From Bacilli bacterium (GTDB lineage: Bacteria; Bacillota_I; Bacilli_A; RF39; UBA660): 64,000 bases of DNA. Below the pieces are notes generated by a model. It saw only the letters and a list, made by a program, of their open reading frames with translations, searched no databases and had not been told where the DNA came from. The stretch is taken from positions 80,729 through 144,728 of the forward strand of contig JAFQXM010000007.1 of the NCBI GenBank assembly GCA_017406955.1, written 5' to 3'. This document shows positions 53,278 through 63,281 of the stretch, one piece after another. The stretch's first letter is position 1; every line of letters begins with the position of its first letter. Both the position numbers and the translations under genes were made by a program.

Positions 53278-53652
53278 GGGGCTGCCTTGGTTTCGACGGG
53301 AGTCTTAGGATATAGATGGCAAGTCGTACGCAATACGTTAAGGCAATTAAAAATAACTGGAAACAGTAAAACTGATGTGTTTAATGGTTTAACACCAGCA
53401 TTCGCAGGCGTTTAATCAATTTAAAAAGACACAGTTCTTTTAATCTTTTTCCTATGAAGATTTTAAGAGCTTTATTTTAATAGGATATATCTTATTTTTT
53501 GTCTAGAAAATAAGATGAATATAATAGACTGGTCTATCTATTTGAGTCGTTAACTAGCTTTTAGATAGATGAGAATTTGTAGTTAACTAAACTTGTAGAG
53601 GTTTATATACCGGGATTTTCGGACAGGAGTTCGACTCTCCTCAGCTCCACCA
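53278..53652 (+). ncRNA. ssrA: Transfer-messenger RNA (tmRNA)
   Basis: 5' end GGGGCUGCCUUGGUUUCGACGGG. 3' tRNA-like end GGAGUUCGACUCUCCUCAGCUCCACCA. Upstream TATAAT. Adjacent to smpB. Confidence 0.85.
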
Positions 53653-53762
53653 TGTGAATTTACCGAACCTATTAGGTTCGTTTTTGTTTGACAAAAAAAT
53701 ATCTATATGATACTCTAAATTTCTCTAATCCACTGGGAGGTATTAGTTTTACAGGAGGTATT

Positions 53763-54197
53763 ATGAAAAAGAAAAATAAAGAAGCAAAAAGGACTATAAA
53801 GTATTTATTACAAAAAAACGAAATGTTTAGTAATAAGATAATTCAAATAGATAAACATTTAAATATATTATCTATGAATCCTGATTACGTTATCGCAAGA
53901 TTTTCAAGATTAGGTTTAATTAATCCTGAGGAAGAATTAACTGACCTAGATAAAGCTATGCTTTTGGATAATTTAATTAGTATGTGCGATTGTGACAATA
54001 AAAATTACAATTATCATATAGAAGACGAATTCATAAGAATTGGTTTTAAAACAGATCAGTTTGAAACAGGTCATTGCCATAATAAATGGGGTAGTCTAAT
54101 GAGTGATGATTACTTTGGATTTGGTAATGAACCAACGTCTTTATATGATGATTATGTTGATGAAACGAATGATTTAAAACATAATAGAAAAAAATAA
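53763..54197 (+). CDS. Hypothetical protein
   Basis: Start at the ATG after the AGGAGGT SD. The Cys/His cluster CDCDNKNY...GHCHNKWG suggests a metal-binding site. Confidence 0.4.
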   Translation: MKKKNKEAKRTIKYLLQKNEMFSNKIIQIDKHLNILSMNPDYVIARFSRLGLINPEEELTDLDKAMLLDNLISMCDCDNKNYNYHIEDEFIRIGFKTDQFETGHCHNKWGSLMSDDYFGFGNEPTSLYDDYVDETNDLKHNRKK

Positions 54198-54346
54198 ATC
54201 AACCTTAAAAGAAACATTAATAAAAGTAGATATGAATAATATAGTTCAATCTACTTTTTGTATGATATTAAAAGTGGTGAAGATAGATAATATATAATTT
54301 ATATTAAATATAATACTTCATATATTACTATGAAAGGAGTGTTATA

Positions 54347-54553
54347 ATGAAATGCAATGGAAAAGATTATAAAGAAATAGAAAAAAGAATTGAAAAAGCT
54401 AGAAAATGTTTACTTAATAATTTTGAATTTGTAGGTCCAGCAGGACCACAAGGACCAGCCGGTGAATGTTCTTGTTCTTGTCAATCAGTAGGACAAATGA
54501 TTATTAATGGTGGAATGGAAAGTATAATTGATGATAGACCAACATTTTACTAA
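54347..54553 (+). CDS. Small Cys-rich protein with a short collagen-like GXY run
   Basis: GPAGPQGPAGECSCSCQSVGQ. Overlaps the next ORF by 26 nt in a different frame. Confidence 0.35.
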   Translation: MKCNGKDYKEIEKRIEKARKCLLNNFEFVGPAGPQGPAGECSCSCQSVGQMIINGGMESIIDDRPTFY

Positions 54554-54944
54554 TCCAACTGGAATTTCTTCTGTAGATGCTCAGGGTAGAGTACATTCAG
54601 GTGATTTTGCTGTTAACATAGAAAATGATTCTGCAATAGAACAAACTATTCCTATATTAGAGGGAGGTTGCTTTTATGAGTTATCTTTCTTTGCACGTGG
54701 AGAGGGTGCGCAAGTAGGTTTTACAGCCACAGTAACTTTTGAAACACCAACTGGACCAGTTGTAGGAGGAGAAATCACTGTTGATCAACAAGATGTTCCA
54801 AATAGTAATAGAGATTTTGGCTTCTATCAGATTATTACTGAAGCAGCACCTATTAATGCCACAGGAATTACTGTTAGGTTTGATGTTGTTGCAAATGGAG
54901 AACAATCATTAGATTTAGATGATGTTTCATTAGTGGTAAGCTAG
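54528..54944 (+). CDS. Hypothetical beta-rich protein; possibly the C-terminal domain of a frameshifted collagen-like (BclA-type) surface protein
   Basis: Gly/Thr/Val-rich globular domain. No independent RBS. Overlaps the upstream ORF. Confidence 0.35.
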   Translation: MMIDQHFTNPTGISSVDAQGRVHSGDFAVNIENDSAIEQTIPILEGGCFYELSFFARGEGAQVGFTATVTFETPTGPVVGGEITVDQQDVPNSNRDFGFYQIITEAAPINATGITVRFDVVANGEQSLDLDDVSLVVS

Positions 54945-55019
54945 TAATAGAAATAATTGAAGCATATGTTTATTAATATACTGATTTTTGATATAATTAT
55001 TATATAAATAGGAGGATTT

Positions 55020-55895
55020 ATGAAAACAGAAAAGAATATTTTAATTGCGTTTATCCTAAATTTAGGATTTTCTATATTTGAATTTTTTGGAGGTATATTT
55101 ACTAATAGTGTGGCGATTATTTCTGATTCTGTTCATGATATGGGAGATGCAATTAGTATTGGATTATCTTACTTTTTAGAAAGAAAAAGTAAAAAAAGTC
55201 CTGATAATAATTATACTTATGGATATATTAGATATTCTGTATTAGGTGGATTAATTACCACTTTAATCTTAATGGTAGGTTCTATCTTAGTTATATATGG
55301 AGCTATTAATAGAATAATTAATCCAGTAGAGATTAATTATAGTGGTATGATAATATTTGCGATATTTGGAGTTATTATTAACTTTATGGCTGCATATTTT
55401 ACTAGTAGAGGAGATTCTATTAATCAAAAATCAGTTAACTTACATATGTTAGAAGATGTCCTAGGATGGATAGTAGTTCTAATAGGTGCTATTATAATGA
55501 ATTTTACTGATATTAAGTTAATAGATCCTATTATGTCTATATGTGTATCTTTATTTATACTATGGCATGCTTTAAAAAACTTTAAAAAAGTATTAGATTT
55601 ATTCTTAGAAAAGACTCCTAATAATATAGATATAGATAAAATTAAAGACTCTTTATTAAAAATATCTAATGTAGAAGATATCCATCATATACATGTTTGG
55701 AGTATAGATGGATATAATAATTATGCAACTCTTCATGTGGTTAGTAATAATAAAGATATAAAGAATAAAATAAGATCTAAATTAAAAGACTTCAATATAA
55801 AACATGTTACTATTGAAGTAGAAAGTAAAGATGAAGAATGTTTAGATAAAAATTGTGATGTAGATAACCAAAAACATCATCATCACCATCATTAG
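55020..55895 (+). CDS. Cation diffusion facilitator (CzcD-like Zn/Co/Cd efflux) with a C-terminal His6
   Basis: Six-TM CDF architecture. HD...D metal site (SDSVHDMGD). The C-terminus ends QKHHHHHH. Confidence 0.8.
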   Translation: MKTEKNILIAFILNLGFSIFEFFGGIFTNSVAIISDSVHDMGDAISIGLSYFLERKSKKSPDNNYTYGYIRYSVLGGLITTLILMVGSILVIYGAINRIINPVEINYSGMIIFAIFGVIINFMAAYFTSRGDSINQKSVNLHMLEDVLGWIVVLIGAIIMNFTDIKLIDPIMSICVSLFILWHALKNFKKVLDLFLEKTPNNIDIDKIKDSLLKISNVEDIHHIHVWSIDGYNNYATLHVVSNNKDIKNKIRSKLKDFNIKHVTIEVESKDEECLDKNCDVDNQKHHHHHH

Positions 55896-55904
55896 GAGGT
55901 ATTT

Positions 55905-56411
55905 ATGGAATTTGAAGATGTTATTAGAAAAAGAGAATCTACTAGAAAGTTTAGTGATAAAGCAGTAGATACTAATATATTAAATAAAATATTAGAAGCT
56001 GGAAGACTTGCGCCTACAGCTAAAAATATACAACCTTTTAAGATTTATGTAGTAAAAACTAAAGAAGGATTAGAAAAAATAGATAAAGCATCTAGATGTA
56101 GATATAATGCACCTATAGTATTACTTATCTGTGGCAATAAAGAAGAAGCTTTTAAAGATGAATTTGGTTCTACATATGAAACAGATGCATCTATAGTTAC
56201 TACTCATATGATGTTGGAAGCTACTAATTTAGGAGTAGATAATATATGGATTAGATTATTTGATGAAAAAGTATTAAGAGAAGAGTTTAATATTAGTAAT
56301 GAGTTTATTCCGGTAGCCTTACTACCAATAGGTTATAGAACTGATGATTGTCCAAATAGTCCTCGTCATAATATAAGAAAAGATATAGAAGAATTAGTAG
56401 AATATTGCTAA
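55905..56411 (+). CDS. Nitroreductase family protein
   Basis: RKRESTRKF N-terminal FMN-binding motif. 168 aa. Confidence 0.75.
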   Translation: MEFEDVIRKRESTRKFSDKAVDTNILNKILEAGRLAPTAKNIQPFKIYVVKTKEGLEKIDKASRCRYNAPIVLLICGNKEEAFKDEFGSTYETDASIVTTHMMLEATNLGVDNIWIRLFDEKVLREEFNISNEFIPVALLPIGYRTDDCPNSPRHNIRKDIEELVEYC

Positions 56412-56458
56412 TTCTTTAATTTTATGATATAATATGTGCCAATTAAGGGGGCATAATT

Positions 56459-56905
56459 ATGAATAATAAAAAATTATGTGATCATCCTATGTTTGTTATA
56501 GTTGGAAGAAAAGATGCATCTAATGGAGATATACATAATGAAGTAAGATGTATCATGTGTGACAAAGAATTTAATAAAGAAGATCGAATAGAAAAAAATA
56601 GATGGTTGGAAACTTTGTATCATAATAAAAGATTATTAGCTAAATATTATGGTTTAGCTGTAGACAAATTGCCCATGTTTGATTATATAGATACTTATAT
56701 AAAAGAAATGGAAAGCCCTGTGGAAGGGATGAGAAATGTATATTTAGAATATTATAATGAAGCCCAAGAATTAATAGAAAAGGGATATTTACCAAAAGAT
56801 TTTTCTTTTGAAGATTCATTTTTTGATTCAATATGCACTAAAGAATATAATAAATATTTAAATGATAAAAATTTATTAGAAAAAGAAAAGATAAAAACAA
56901 AATAA
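56459..56905 (+). CDS. Hypothetical protein with an N-terminal CxxP...CxxC zinc-ribbon-like motif
   Basis: CDHP...CIMCDKEF. No further motif. Confidence 0.4.
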   Translation: MNNKKLCDHPMFVIVGRKDASNGDIHNEVRCIMCDKEFNKEDRIEKNRWLETLYHNKRLLAKYYGLAVDKLPMFDYIDTYIKEMESPVEGMRNVYLEYYNEAQELIEKGYLPKDFSFEDSFFDSICTKEYNKYLNDKNLLEKEKIKTK

Positions 56906-57086
56906 TCCATATGGATTATTTTTTAGTTTTATATAATAATTACTATTAAAACTAATTCATATAATAGTAATATATTCATTAATTTTAATAAAAAAATAAT
57001 TATTGGATATTCTATAATTAGGTGATAATTTTGACAAAAAAATTCAAAAATGTTATAATAAGACCTGTTTCGGGAGGAGATTATAC

Positions 57087-58130
57087 ATGAAAGACGAAAT
57101 ACCCTCGTCGATTAAGAATTTCTTAATGTTGACTATAAGTGTATGTTTAAGTCTATTAATTTGTTATGCTGTAGAATATAACATAGTTTATAAGAATATA
57201 AAGGTAAAAGCAGATAGTATTAAAACTTTAGAATATGGTAGTTCTAATTACCAAGTAGAAGAATTTGTTAAAAATACTTATGGAGAGGATATATCTTTAA
57301 AGAAAAATATTAATACTAAAAAGGTAGGTACTCAAAGTATTATTGTTGTAGCAACTAAGAATGGTGTAAAAAAAGAAATACCTATGAAAATTAAAGTTAA
57401 AGATACAACTGCACCAGATATAAAAATAAAAGAAGAAAATATATCATTATCTGTTGGAGAAGATTATAATGTTTTAAATAACTTAAAATCTGTATCTGAT
57501 AAAGTAGATGGAAATATAGAGTATCAACAAAAAGAAATAGTTAATGATGAAGTAGATACTAATTATTATACTGTTTATGGAAATGTTGATACAGAAGAAG
57601 AGGGAATTTACCCTATAACTATTAAAGCTGTAGATAAATACGGTAATTTATCTTCTGTTACATATAATATAGAAGTAAAAAATGAAGTAGAAACATATAC
57701 TTCAAATAATAATATAGAAGTTAATAATACTATCAATAATAATGCTTTAGCAACAGGTGATATGTCTGGACTTGTGAATTTAGCTTATTCACTAGTTGGT
57801 TCTAGATATGTTTCTGGAGGAGCAGATCCATCTGTAGGTTTTGACTGTAGTGGATTTGTATATTATTTATATTCACAAATTGGTATAACTATTAGTAGAA
57901 GTAGTTACACTCAAATGTATGAGGGAACTGGGGTAAATTATGAAGCAGCTCAACCAGGAGATATTCTTAGTTGGGGATATGCTGAAGGTTCACCAACACA
58001 TTCTGCGATCTATGTAGGTGGAGGAAAAATGATTCACGCTACAAATCCTAGTATGGGTGTTATAGTTAGTGATGTAGCTAGTTGGACTAGAGGATCTGGC
58101 ACCAGAGTAATCGCAGTTAGAAGAATTTAA
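57087..58130 (+). CDS. NlpC/P60 cell-wall endopeptidase with Ig-like (DUF5011-type) domains
   Basis: N-terminal TM. DTTAPDI Ig-like domain start. C-terminal catalytic Cys in GFDCSGFVYYLYSQIG, with His in the HSAIYVGGG region. Confidence 0.8.
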   Translation: MKDEIPSSIKNFLMLTISVCLSLLICYAVEYNIVYKNIKVKADSIKTLEYGSSNYQVEEFVKNTYGEDISLKKNINTKKVGTQSIIVVATKNGVKKEIPMKIKVKDTTAPDIKIKEENISLSVGEDYNVLNNLKSVSDKVDGNIEYQQKEIVNDEVDTNYYTVYGNVDTEEEGIYPITIKAVDKYGNLSSVTYNIEVKNEVETYTSNNNIEVNNTINNNALATGDMSGLVNLAYSLVGSRYVSGGADPSVGFDCSGFVYYLYSQIGITISRSSYTQMYEGTGVNYEAAQPGDILSWGYAEGSPTHSAIYVGGGKMIHATNPSMGVIVSDVASWTRGSGTRVIAVRRI

Positions 58131-58188
58131 TAAAAATATGAATAAATATTCTTCCTATGGTAATAATATGTATAGGAGGAATATTTTT

Positions 58189-58389
58189 ATGGAAACAATT
58201 CAAAAAATTTTATTAGTTGTTACTATTATAGGTGCAGTAAACTGGGGACTAATTGGATTATTAGACTTCAATCTAGTTGATATGATATTTGGAACTGGAT
58301 CAGTATTCAGTAGAATAATCTATACATTAGTAGGGATTAGTGGTCTAGTTAATATTGGTATACTTTTCAACCATATTGAAACTAAATAG
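58189..58389 (+). CDS. DUF378 family small membrane protein
   Basis: METIQKILLVVTIIGAVNWGLIGLLDFNLV. Start placed at the ATG after the GGAGGA SD. Confidence 0.6.
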   Translation: METIQKILLVVTIIGAVNWGLIGLLDFNLVDMIFGTGSVFSRIIYTLVGISGLVNIGILFNHIETK

Positions 58390-58444
58390 ACAATTAGTCT
58401 TTTTTTTTAATAAATTTTGTTATAAAATAAATATATAATTTATT

Positions 58445-58520
58445 GCCGATTTAGCTCAGTTGGTAGAGCAGTACATTCGTAATGTAAAGGTCAGAGGTTC
58501 AAATCCTTTAATCGGCACCA
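58445..58520 (+). tRNA. tRNA-Thr (anticodon CGT)
   Basis: Cloverleaf folded by hand. Acceptor GCCGATT/AATCGGC. Anticodon loop TTCGTAA. T-loop GGTTCAAAT. 3' CCA encoded. A terminator hairpin follows. Confidence 0.85.
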
Positions 58521-58634
58521 TTATTAATAATAACTTAAGATAATATGGTCTTAAGTTTTTTGTTTAATGCTTATTTAGCTGTTGTCAAAATATACAAAAA
58601 ATGATATCATAATAATGAGAATAGGGGTGATAAT

Positions 58635-59237
58635 TTGGATGTCTTTATAGCATTTTTTAGAGATGTTTTAGATGGCCCTATTTATATTACGAGTACAGTA
58701 ATAAGTGTGATACTAATTTGTGCAGGTATAGGATACTTTGCAGAAAAAAAACAAAATAGAGAACAAGCAGAAAAAAAATTTAATGATACTCATGTAAAAA
58801 TAGAAAATACACATGCTAATGAAACAAATAATAATGTATCAACAGGAGCACAGAAGACAACAATTTCTAATGTTAATGTAAATAGTAATCAATATAATGT
58901 TTCTGATAGTATAAATAGAGGAAAAGTAGAAAGTAAAGTAGTACCAGAAGTTTTAGCACCTACACAACCAATTCCTAATGTACAAACAGCCCCAAATACA
59001 AATTATAATAATCAAAATATGGTATATCAAAATAATGTACAAACACAAAATAATAATATAAATTATAATAATCAATATAATTCTCAAGTTTCAAATAATA
59101 CAAATTATAATAACCAAAATAATATGGAAACAAGTAGTTATTATAATTCAACAGCTAGTAATCAACCAAATACAAATTATAATAATCAAAATCAAATATA
59201 TAACAATACAAATATAAATAATAACTTTACTAACTAG
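58635..59237 (+). CDS. Membrane-anchored low-complexity N/Q/Y-rich (prion-like composition) protein
   Basis: N-terminal TM helix. C-terminal half is repeats of TNYNNQN-like units, visible as direct nucleotide repeats. Confidence 0.5.
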   Translation: MDVFIAFFRDVLDGPIYITSTVISVILICAGIGYFAEKKQNREQAEKKFNDTHVKIENTHANETNNNVSTGAQKTTISNVNVNSNQYNVSDSINRGKVESKVVPEVLAPTQPIPNVQTAPNTNYNNQNMVYQNNVQTQNNNINYNNQYNSQVSNNTNYNNQNNMETSSYYNSTASNQPNTNYNNQNQIYNNTNINNNFTN

Positions 59238-59286
59238 TATATTTTTTATATACTAGTATAGTAGCTTTTTTGAAGGAGACGATATA

Positions 59287-60120
59287 ATGATATTTAATAT
59301 GACTAATGTATTATCAATACTTAGAAAGTTAGCTGATATTGGTTTAGTATGGTTAATTATATATTACATACTAAAAAATATACGTAATAATGTTAAACTT
59401 TCTTTAATATTTAAAGGTGTAGCTTTCATAGTTATTTTAAAACTAGTTAGTGATTGGTTAGGATTTACAACTATAGGAGTATTACTTGATTATATTATTC
59501 AATGGGGACCTATATCTTTAATTGTAATTTTCCAACCAGAAATAAGAACTATTTTAGAGCAATTAGGAAGAAGTCAATTATTAGGTCGTCATAAAGTATT
59601 AACTGTTGATGAAAGAGAACATTTAGTATATGAAATGGTTAATGCAATAGATTACTTAAGAAAAGACAAAATTGGTGCTTTAATTGTTATTGAAAGAGAT
59701 ATAAGTTTAGGTAATTATATAGATAAAGCTAAAAAATTATATGCTGATTTATCAAGTGATTTATTAATAGCAATTTTCTATGAAGGAAACCCACTTCATG
59801 ATGGTGGGGTGATTATTCAAGGAGATAGGATAACTTGTGCAGGAGCAGTATTCCCTACAAGTAATAGTCAAAAGATTAATAGACGTTTAGGTACAAGACA
59901 TAGAGCGGCATTAGGTCTAGCTGAAGAAACAGATGCTATTTGTATAGTTGTATCTGAAGAAACAGGAAGAATATCTATTGCTCTTAAAGGTGAAATGCTA
60001 TATAACTTAACAATTGATGATGTTAGAATGTTATTAATAGATGAACTTAGACCAAAACAAGAAATAGAAGAAGATTTTGAAGATATAGATGAGGAAGAGA
60101 TTTATGAAGAGAATAATTAG
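59287..60120 (+). CDS. cdaA: Diadenylate cyclase (c-di-AMP synthase) CdaA
   Basis: Three N-terminal TM helices. DAC domain with the DGA and RHR signature motifs (HDGGVII; GTRHRAALG). Confidence 0.85.
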   Translation: MIFNMTNVLSILRKLADIGLVWLIIYYILKNIRNNVKLSLIFKGVAFIVILKLVSDWLGFTTIGVLLDYIIQWGPISLIVIFQPEIRTILEQLGRSQLLGRHKVLTVDEREHLVYEMVNAIDYLRKDKIGALIVIERDISLGNYIDKAKKLYADLSSDLLIAIFYEGNPLHDGGVIIQGDRITCAGAVFPTSNSQKINRRLGTRHRAALGLAEETDAICIVVSEETGRISIALKGEMLYNLTIDDVRMLLIDELRPKQEIEEDFEDIDEEEIYEENN

Positions 60121-61459
60121 AAGTATTGGAAAATTCTTTCAAATTTTAGGTTCGTTTTTTGATAAATGGTTAATTACACCTATTACTAAGTTGATCTTAA
60201 AAATAATGGATTTATTAAAAAACAATTCTAAAAATATTGATAGAATAGCAAGTAGAAAATCAACTTTAATAACTGTTAGTTTAATACTAGCATTTGGAGT
60301 ATTCTTTATCATTGATAGAGAATCTAATGTTATGATTGATAAATATGCAGAGATTTTATATAATCAACCAGTTACTGCTGTTTATAATGAAGAGTTATAT
60401 GTAGTTGAAGGATTACCAAAAACAGTTGATATTACCTTAGTAGGACAAAGAAGACATATCTTCTTGGCAAAACAATCTCCTTCAAAAGGGGTATCTGTTG
60501 ATTTAACTGGATTAAAACCAGGTAATCATAAAGTTACTTTAAAGTATTCACAAAGATTAAAATCACTAGATTATAAACTTAATCCATCTCAAGTAACCGT
60601 AACAATACATGAAAAAGTTAGTGATACTAAAAATTTAACAGTAGATATATTACATAAAGATAATTTGGATAAAAAATTATATATTGACAATGTAGAACTG
60701 GACAGAACAGAAGTTATTGTTAAAGGGGCTGAATATAAACTAAAGAAAGTTGCTACAGTTAAAGCATTAGTTGATGTTAATGATATATCTAATCCAAAGG
60801 CTGGAGAAATGACATTAAAAGATGTTCCACTAGTAGCTTATGATACTAATGGAAAAGTAGTAGATGTTGAAGTTGTACCTAAGAAAGTAGATGCAAAATT
60901 AACTATTACATCTCCATCTAAAGAAGTACCAATTAAAGTAGTTCCTAAAGGAAATTTAGCATTTGGTAAATCTATAAGTTCTATTGATACTAGTATATCT
61001 AAAGTTACAATTTATGGAGAAGAAGCTGCAGTTGATAAAATAAATAGTCTGAAAGTTGAAGTTGATGTTAAAGGATTAGAAAGATCTAAAGAATTTAATG
61101 TTACTTTAAATAAACCTAAAGGTATAACAGAACTTAGTTCTAAAACTGTTAAGATTAAAGTAAGTATAGATAATTCTACAAGTAAAGAATTTGATAACAT
61201 TTCAATATCTACAGAAAATCTTGATAGTAAGTATAAAGTTCAAGCTTTATCTGCAGATGATATTAAGGTTACAGTTATAGTTAAAGGTAGTGCAGATATA
61301 GTAGATAAAGTAGATTCATCTTCAATCCATGCATATATCAATCTTAAAAATTATGGAGTAGGAGAACATGAAGTTCCAGTTAAAGTAACTGGTGAAGATG
61401 TAAAACTTAAATATACTCCAAAGACTAAAAAGATTAAGATTAGAATTTCAGAGAAATAG
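60089..61459 (+). CDS. cdaR: CdaA regulatory protein CdaR (YbbR-domain protein)
   Basis: N-terminal TM followed by repeated YbbR-like beta domains. Overlaps cdaA by 32 nt. Confidence 0.75.
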   Translation: MRKRFMKRIIRSIGKFFQILGSFFDKWLITPITKLILKIMDLLKNNSKNIDRIASRKSTLITVSLILAFGVFFIIDRESNVMIDKYAEILYNQPVTAVYNEELYVVEGLPKTVDITLVGQRRHIFLAKQSPSKGVSVDLTGLKPGNHKVTLKYSQRLKSLDYKLNPSQVTVTIHEKVSDTKNLTVDILHKDNLDKKLYIDNVELDRTEVIVKGAEYKLKKVATVKALVDVNDISNPKAGEMTLKDVPLVAYDTNGKVVDVEVVPKKVDAKLTITSPSKEVPIKVVPKGNLAFGKSISSIDTSISKVTIYGEEAAVDKINSLKVEVDVKGLERSKEFNVTLNKPKGITELSSKTVKIKVSIDNSTSKEFDNISISTENLDSKYKVQALSADDIKVTVIVKGSADIVDKVDSSSIHAYINLKNYGVGEHEVPVKVTGEDVKLKYTPKTKKIKIRISEK

Positions 61460-61536
61460 TAAGTTACTATTTCTTTTTTTTGTAATAAAATAAAAAACAA
61501 TCCATATAATTAAGTAAAACAAAAAAGAGGTGGATT

Positions 61537-62535
61537 ATGAAGAAAATTATTCTTTTCTTATTATTAGGATGTTTTTTATTAGTAGGATGTAATAAAAATA
61601 GTGAACAAGGTATAATAAATAGATTAAATAAAAAAATAAATAGGACAAATGCTTATAAACTAGATGGAAATTTAGAAATAGTAAATAATGATGAAGTTTA
61701 TAAGTATAAAGTAGAAGTCAGTTATAAAAAAGGAGATTATTATAAAGTTAGTTTAACTAATACTAATAATAATCACACTCAAATAATATTAAGGAATAAA
61801 GATGCAGTATATATTTTAACTCCATCACTAAATAAAAGTTTTAAGTTTCAAAGTGATTGGCCTAGCAATAATTCACAAATATATTTATTAAAATCAATTA
61901 TAGAAGATATAAATAATGATAAAAATAGAAAATTTTCTAAAAATAAAGATACTTATCAATTTATAACTAAAGCAAATTACCCAAATAATAAAAAATTAGT
62001 TAAACAAAAGATTGTTTTATCTAAAAATTTAAATATCAAAGAAGTGATTATTTATGATAAAAATGGTTCTACTATCATGGATATGAAATTTAATAAAATA
62101 AGTTATAGACCATCATTTAATAAAAACTACTTTAAAATTAAAAATATTATGAAAAGTTATTCTATCAAAGATAATAAAGTCAAAAAAACCAGTAATTTAG
62201 ATGATAGTATATATCCATTATTTATTCCTAAAGGTACTAAACTTGCGAATGAAGAAAAATTAAAAAAAGATGTAGGAGAAAGAATTATAATGACATTTGA
62301 TGGTAAAAAACCATTCTTATTAGTAGAAGAAACAACAAAGAAAGAAGATGAATTTACAATAGTACCTACATCAGGGGAACCGTATAGATTAATGGATACA
62401 CTAGGTGTAATGACTGATAATTCCTTGTCTTGGACCAGTAATGGTATAGATTATTATATTGTAAGTGATGTTTTAAATAAAGATGAATTAGTGGAAGTAG
62501 CGCAATCTATAAATCTAGTTCAAACTAGTAAATAG
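61537..62535 (+). CDS. Lipoprotein, LolA-like/DUF4367-type fold
   Basis: Lipobox LLVGC. Beta-rich. Occupies the position glmM usually takes after cdaAR. Confidence 0.45.
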   Translation: MKKIILFLLLGCFLLVGCNKNSEQGIINRLNKKINRTNAYKLDGNLEIVNNDEVYKYKVEVSYKKGDYYKVSLTNTNNNHTQIILRNKDAVYILTPSLNKSFKFQSDWPSNNSQIYLLKSIIEDINNDKNRKFSKNKDTYQFITKANYPNNKKLVKQKIVLSKNLNIKEVIIYDKNGSTIMDMKFNKISYRPSFNKNYFKIKNIMKSYSIKDNKVKKTSNLDDSIYPLFIPKGTKLANEEKLKKDVGERIIMTFDGKKPFLLVEETTKKEDEFTIVPTSGEPYRLMDTLGVMTDNSLSWTSNGIDYYIVSDVLNKDELVEVAQSINLVQTSK

Positions 62536-62584
62536 AGACTTTACCTCTATTTTTTCTTGTGCTATAATTTTATTAGGTGATTTT

Positions 62585-63100
62585 GTGACAAAAAGTATAA
62601 AAAAGAATAATAAAAAGAAGACTAATAATGTGTCAAAAGAAATATATAGTATAGTTAAACTATTAGTAATAGTATTAGTAATTTTAGGTATATTTTATTT
62701 CTTAACTGTGTATATTACTAGTAAGAAAGAAAATAAATATGTAAAAGAAGAAAAAACAGGAAATGTTGATATTTCTTATCAAGAAATACTTGCTGGAAGT
62801 AGTTTCAATATTGATGAAGAAGAATATATAGTTATATATTATGACATGTCTGATAAAGATTTAAAATCAAATATAACAACATCAATTAGTAAGTATGAAT
62901 CTAAAGAAAAACATTTACCTATATATACTGTTAATATGAGTAGTGCTTTTAATAAAAAATATAATAGTAGCGAAAGTAATAATAATCCAAGTAGTTTAGA
63001 AGAATTATCTATTAGTGGTCCTACACTTATTAAATTTTCTAATAATGAAGTAAATGAGTATATAGAAAGTTATGATAATATAAAAGAGTATTTAGATTAA
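62585..63100 (+). CDS. Hypothetical membrane-anchored protein
   Basis: Basic N-terminus plus one TM helix. No motif. Confidence 0.4.
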   Translation: MTKSIKKNNKKKTNNVSKEIYSIVKLLVIVLVILGIFYFLTVYITSKKENKYVKEEKTGNVDISYQEILAGSSFNIDEEEYIVIYYDMSDKDLKSNITTSISKYESKEKHLPIYTVNMSSAFNKKYNSSESNNNPSSLEELSISGPTLIKFSNNEVNEYIESYDNIKEYLD

Positions 63101-63113
63101 TTCTAAATCTTTT

Positions 63114-63190
63114 GCCTCAATAGCTCAGCTGGTTAGAGCACTTGACTGTTAATCAAGGGGTCCTAGGTTCAAGTCCTAGTTGAGGCGCCA
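63114..63190 (+). tRNA. tRNA-Asn (anticodon GTT)
   Basis: Acceptor GCCTCAA/TTGAGGC. Anticodon loop CTGTTAA. T-loop GGTTCAAGT. CCA encoded. A terminator hairpin follows. Confidence 0.85.
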
Positions 63191-63281
63191 ATTAGACAGT
63201 AAAGACATATGTCTTTCTTTTTTTTGATTCTAAAATATAGTTTAATGTGATATGATAGTAATGGATATGAAGGTGATTATA

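Noticed and set aside
53653-56500. Integrated element at ssrA with a duplicated tmRNA 3' end
   Set aside because: I searched the downstream sequence for a second copy of the tmRNA 3' end (GACTCTCC...CCACCA) and found none. I found no integrase either. This is only a variable gene set, not a demonstrable island.
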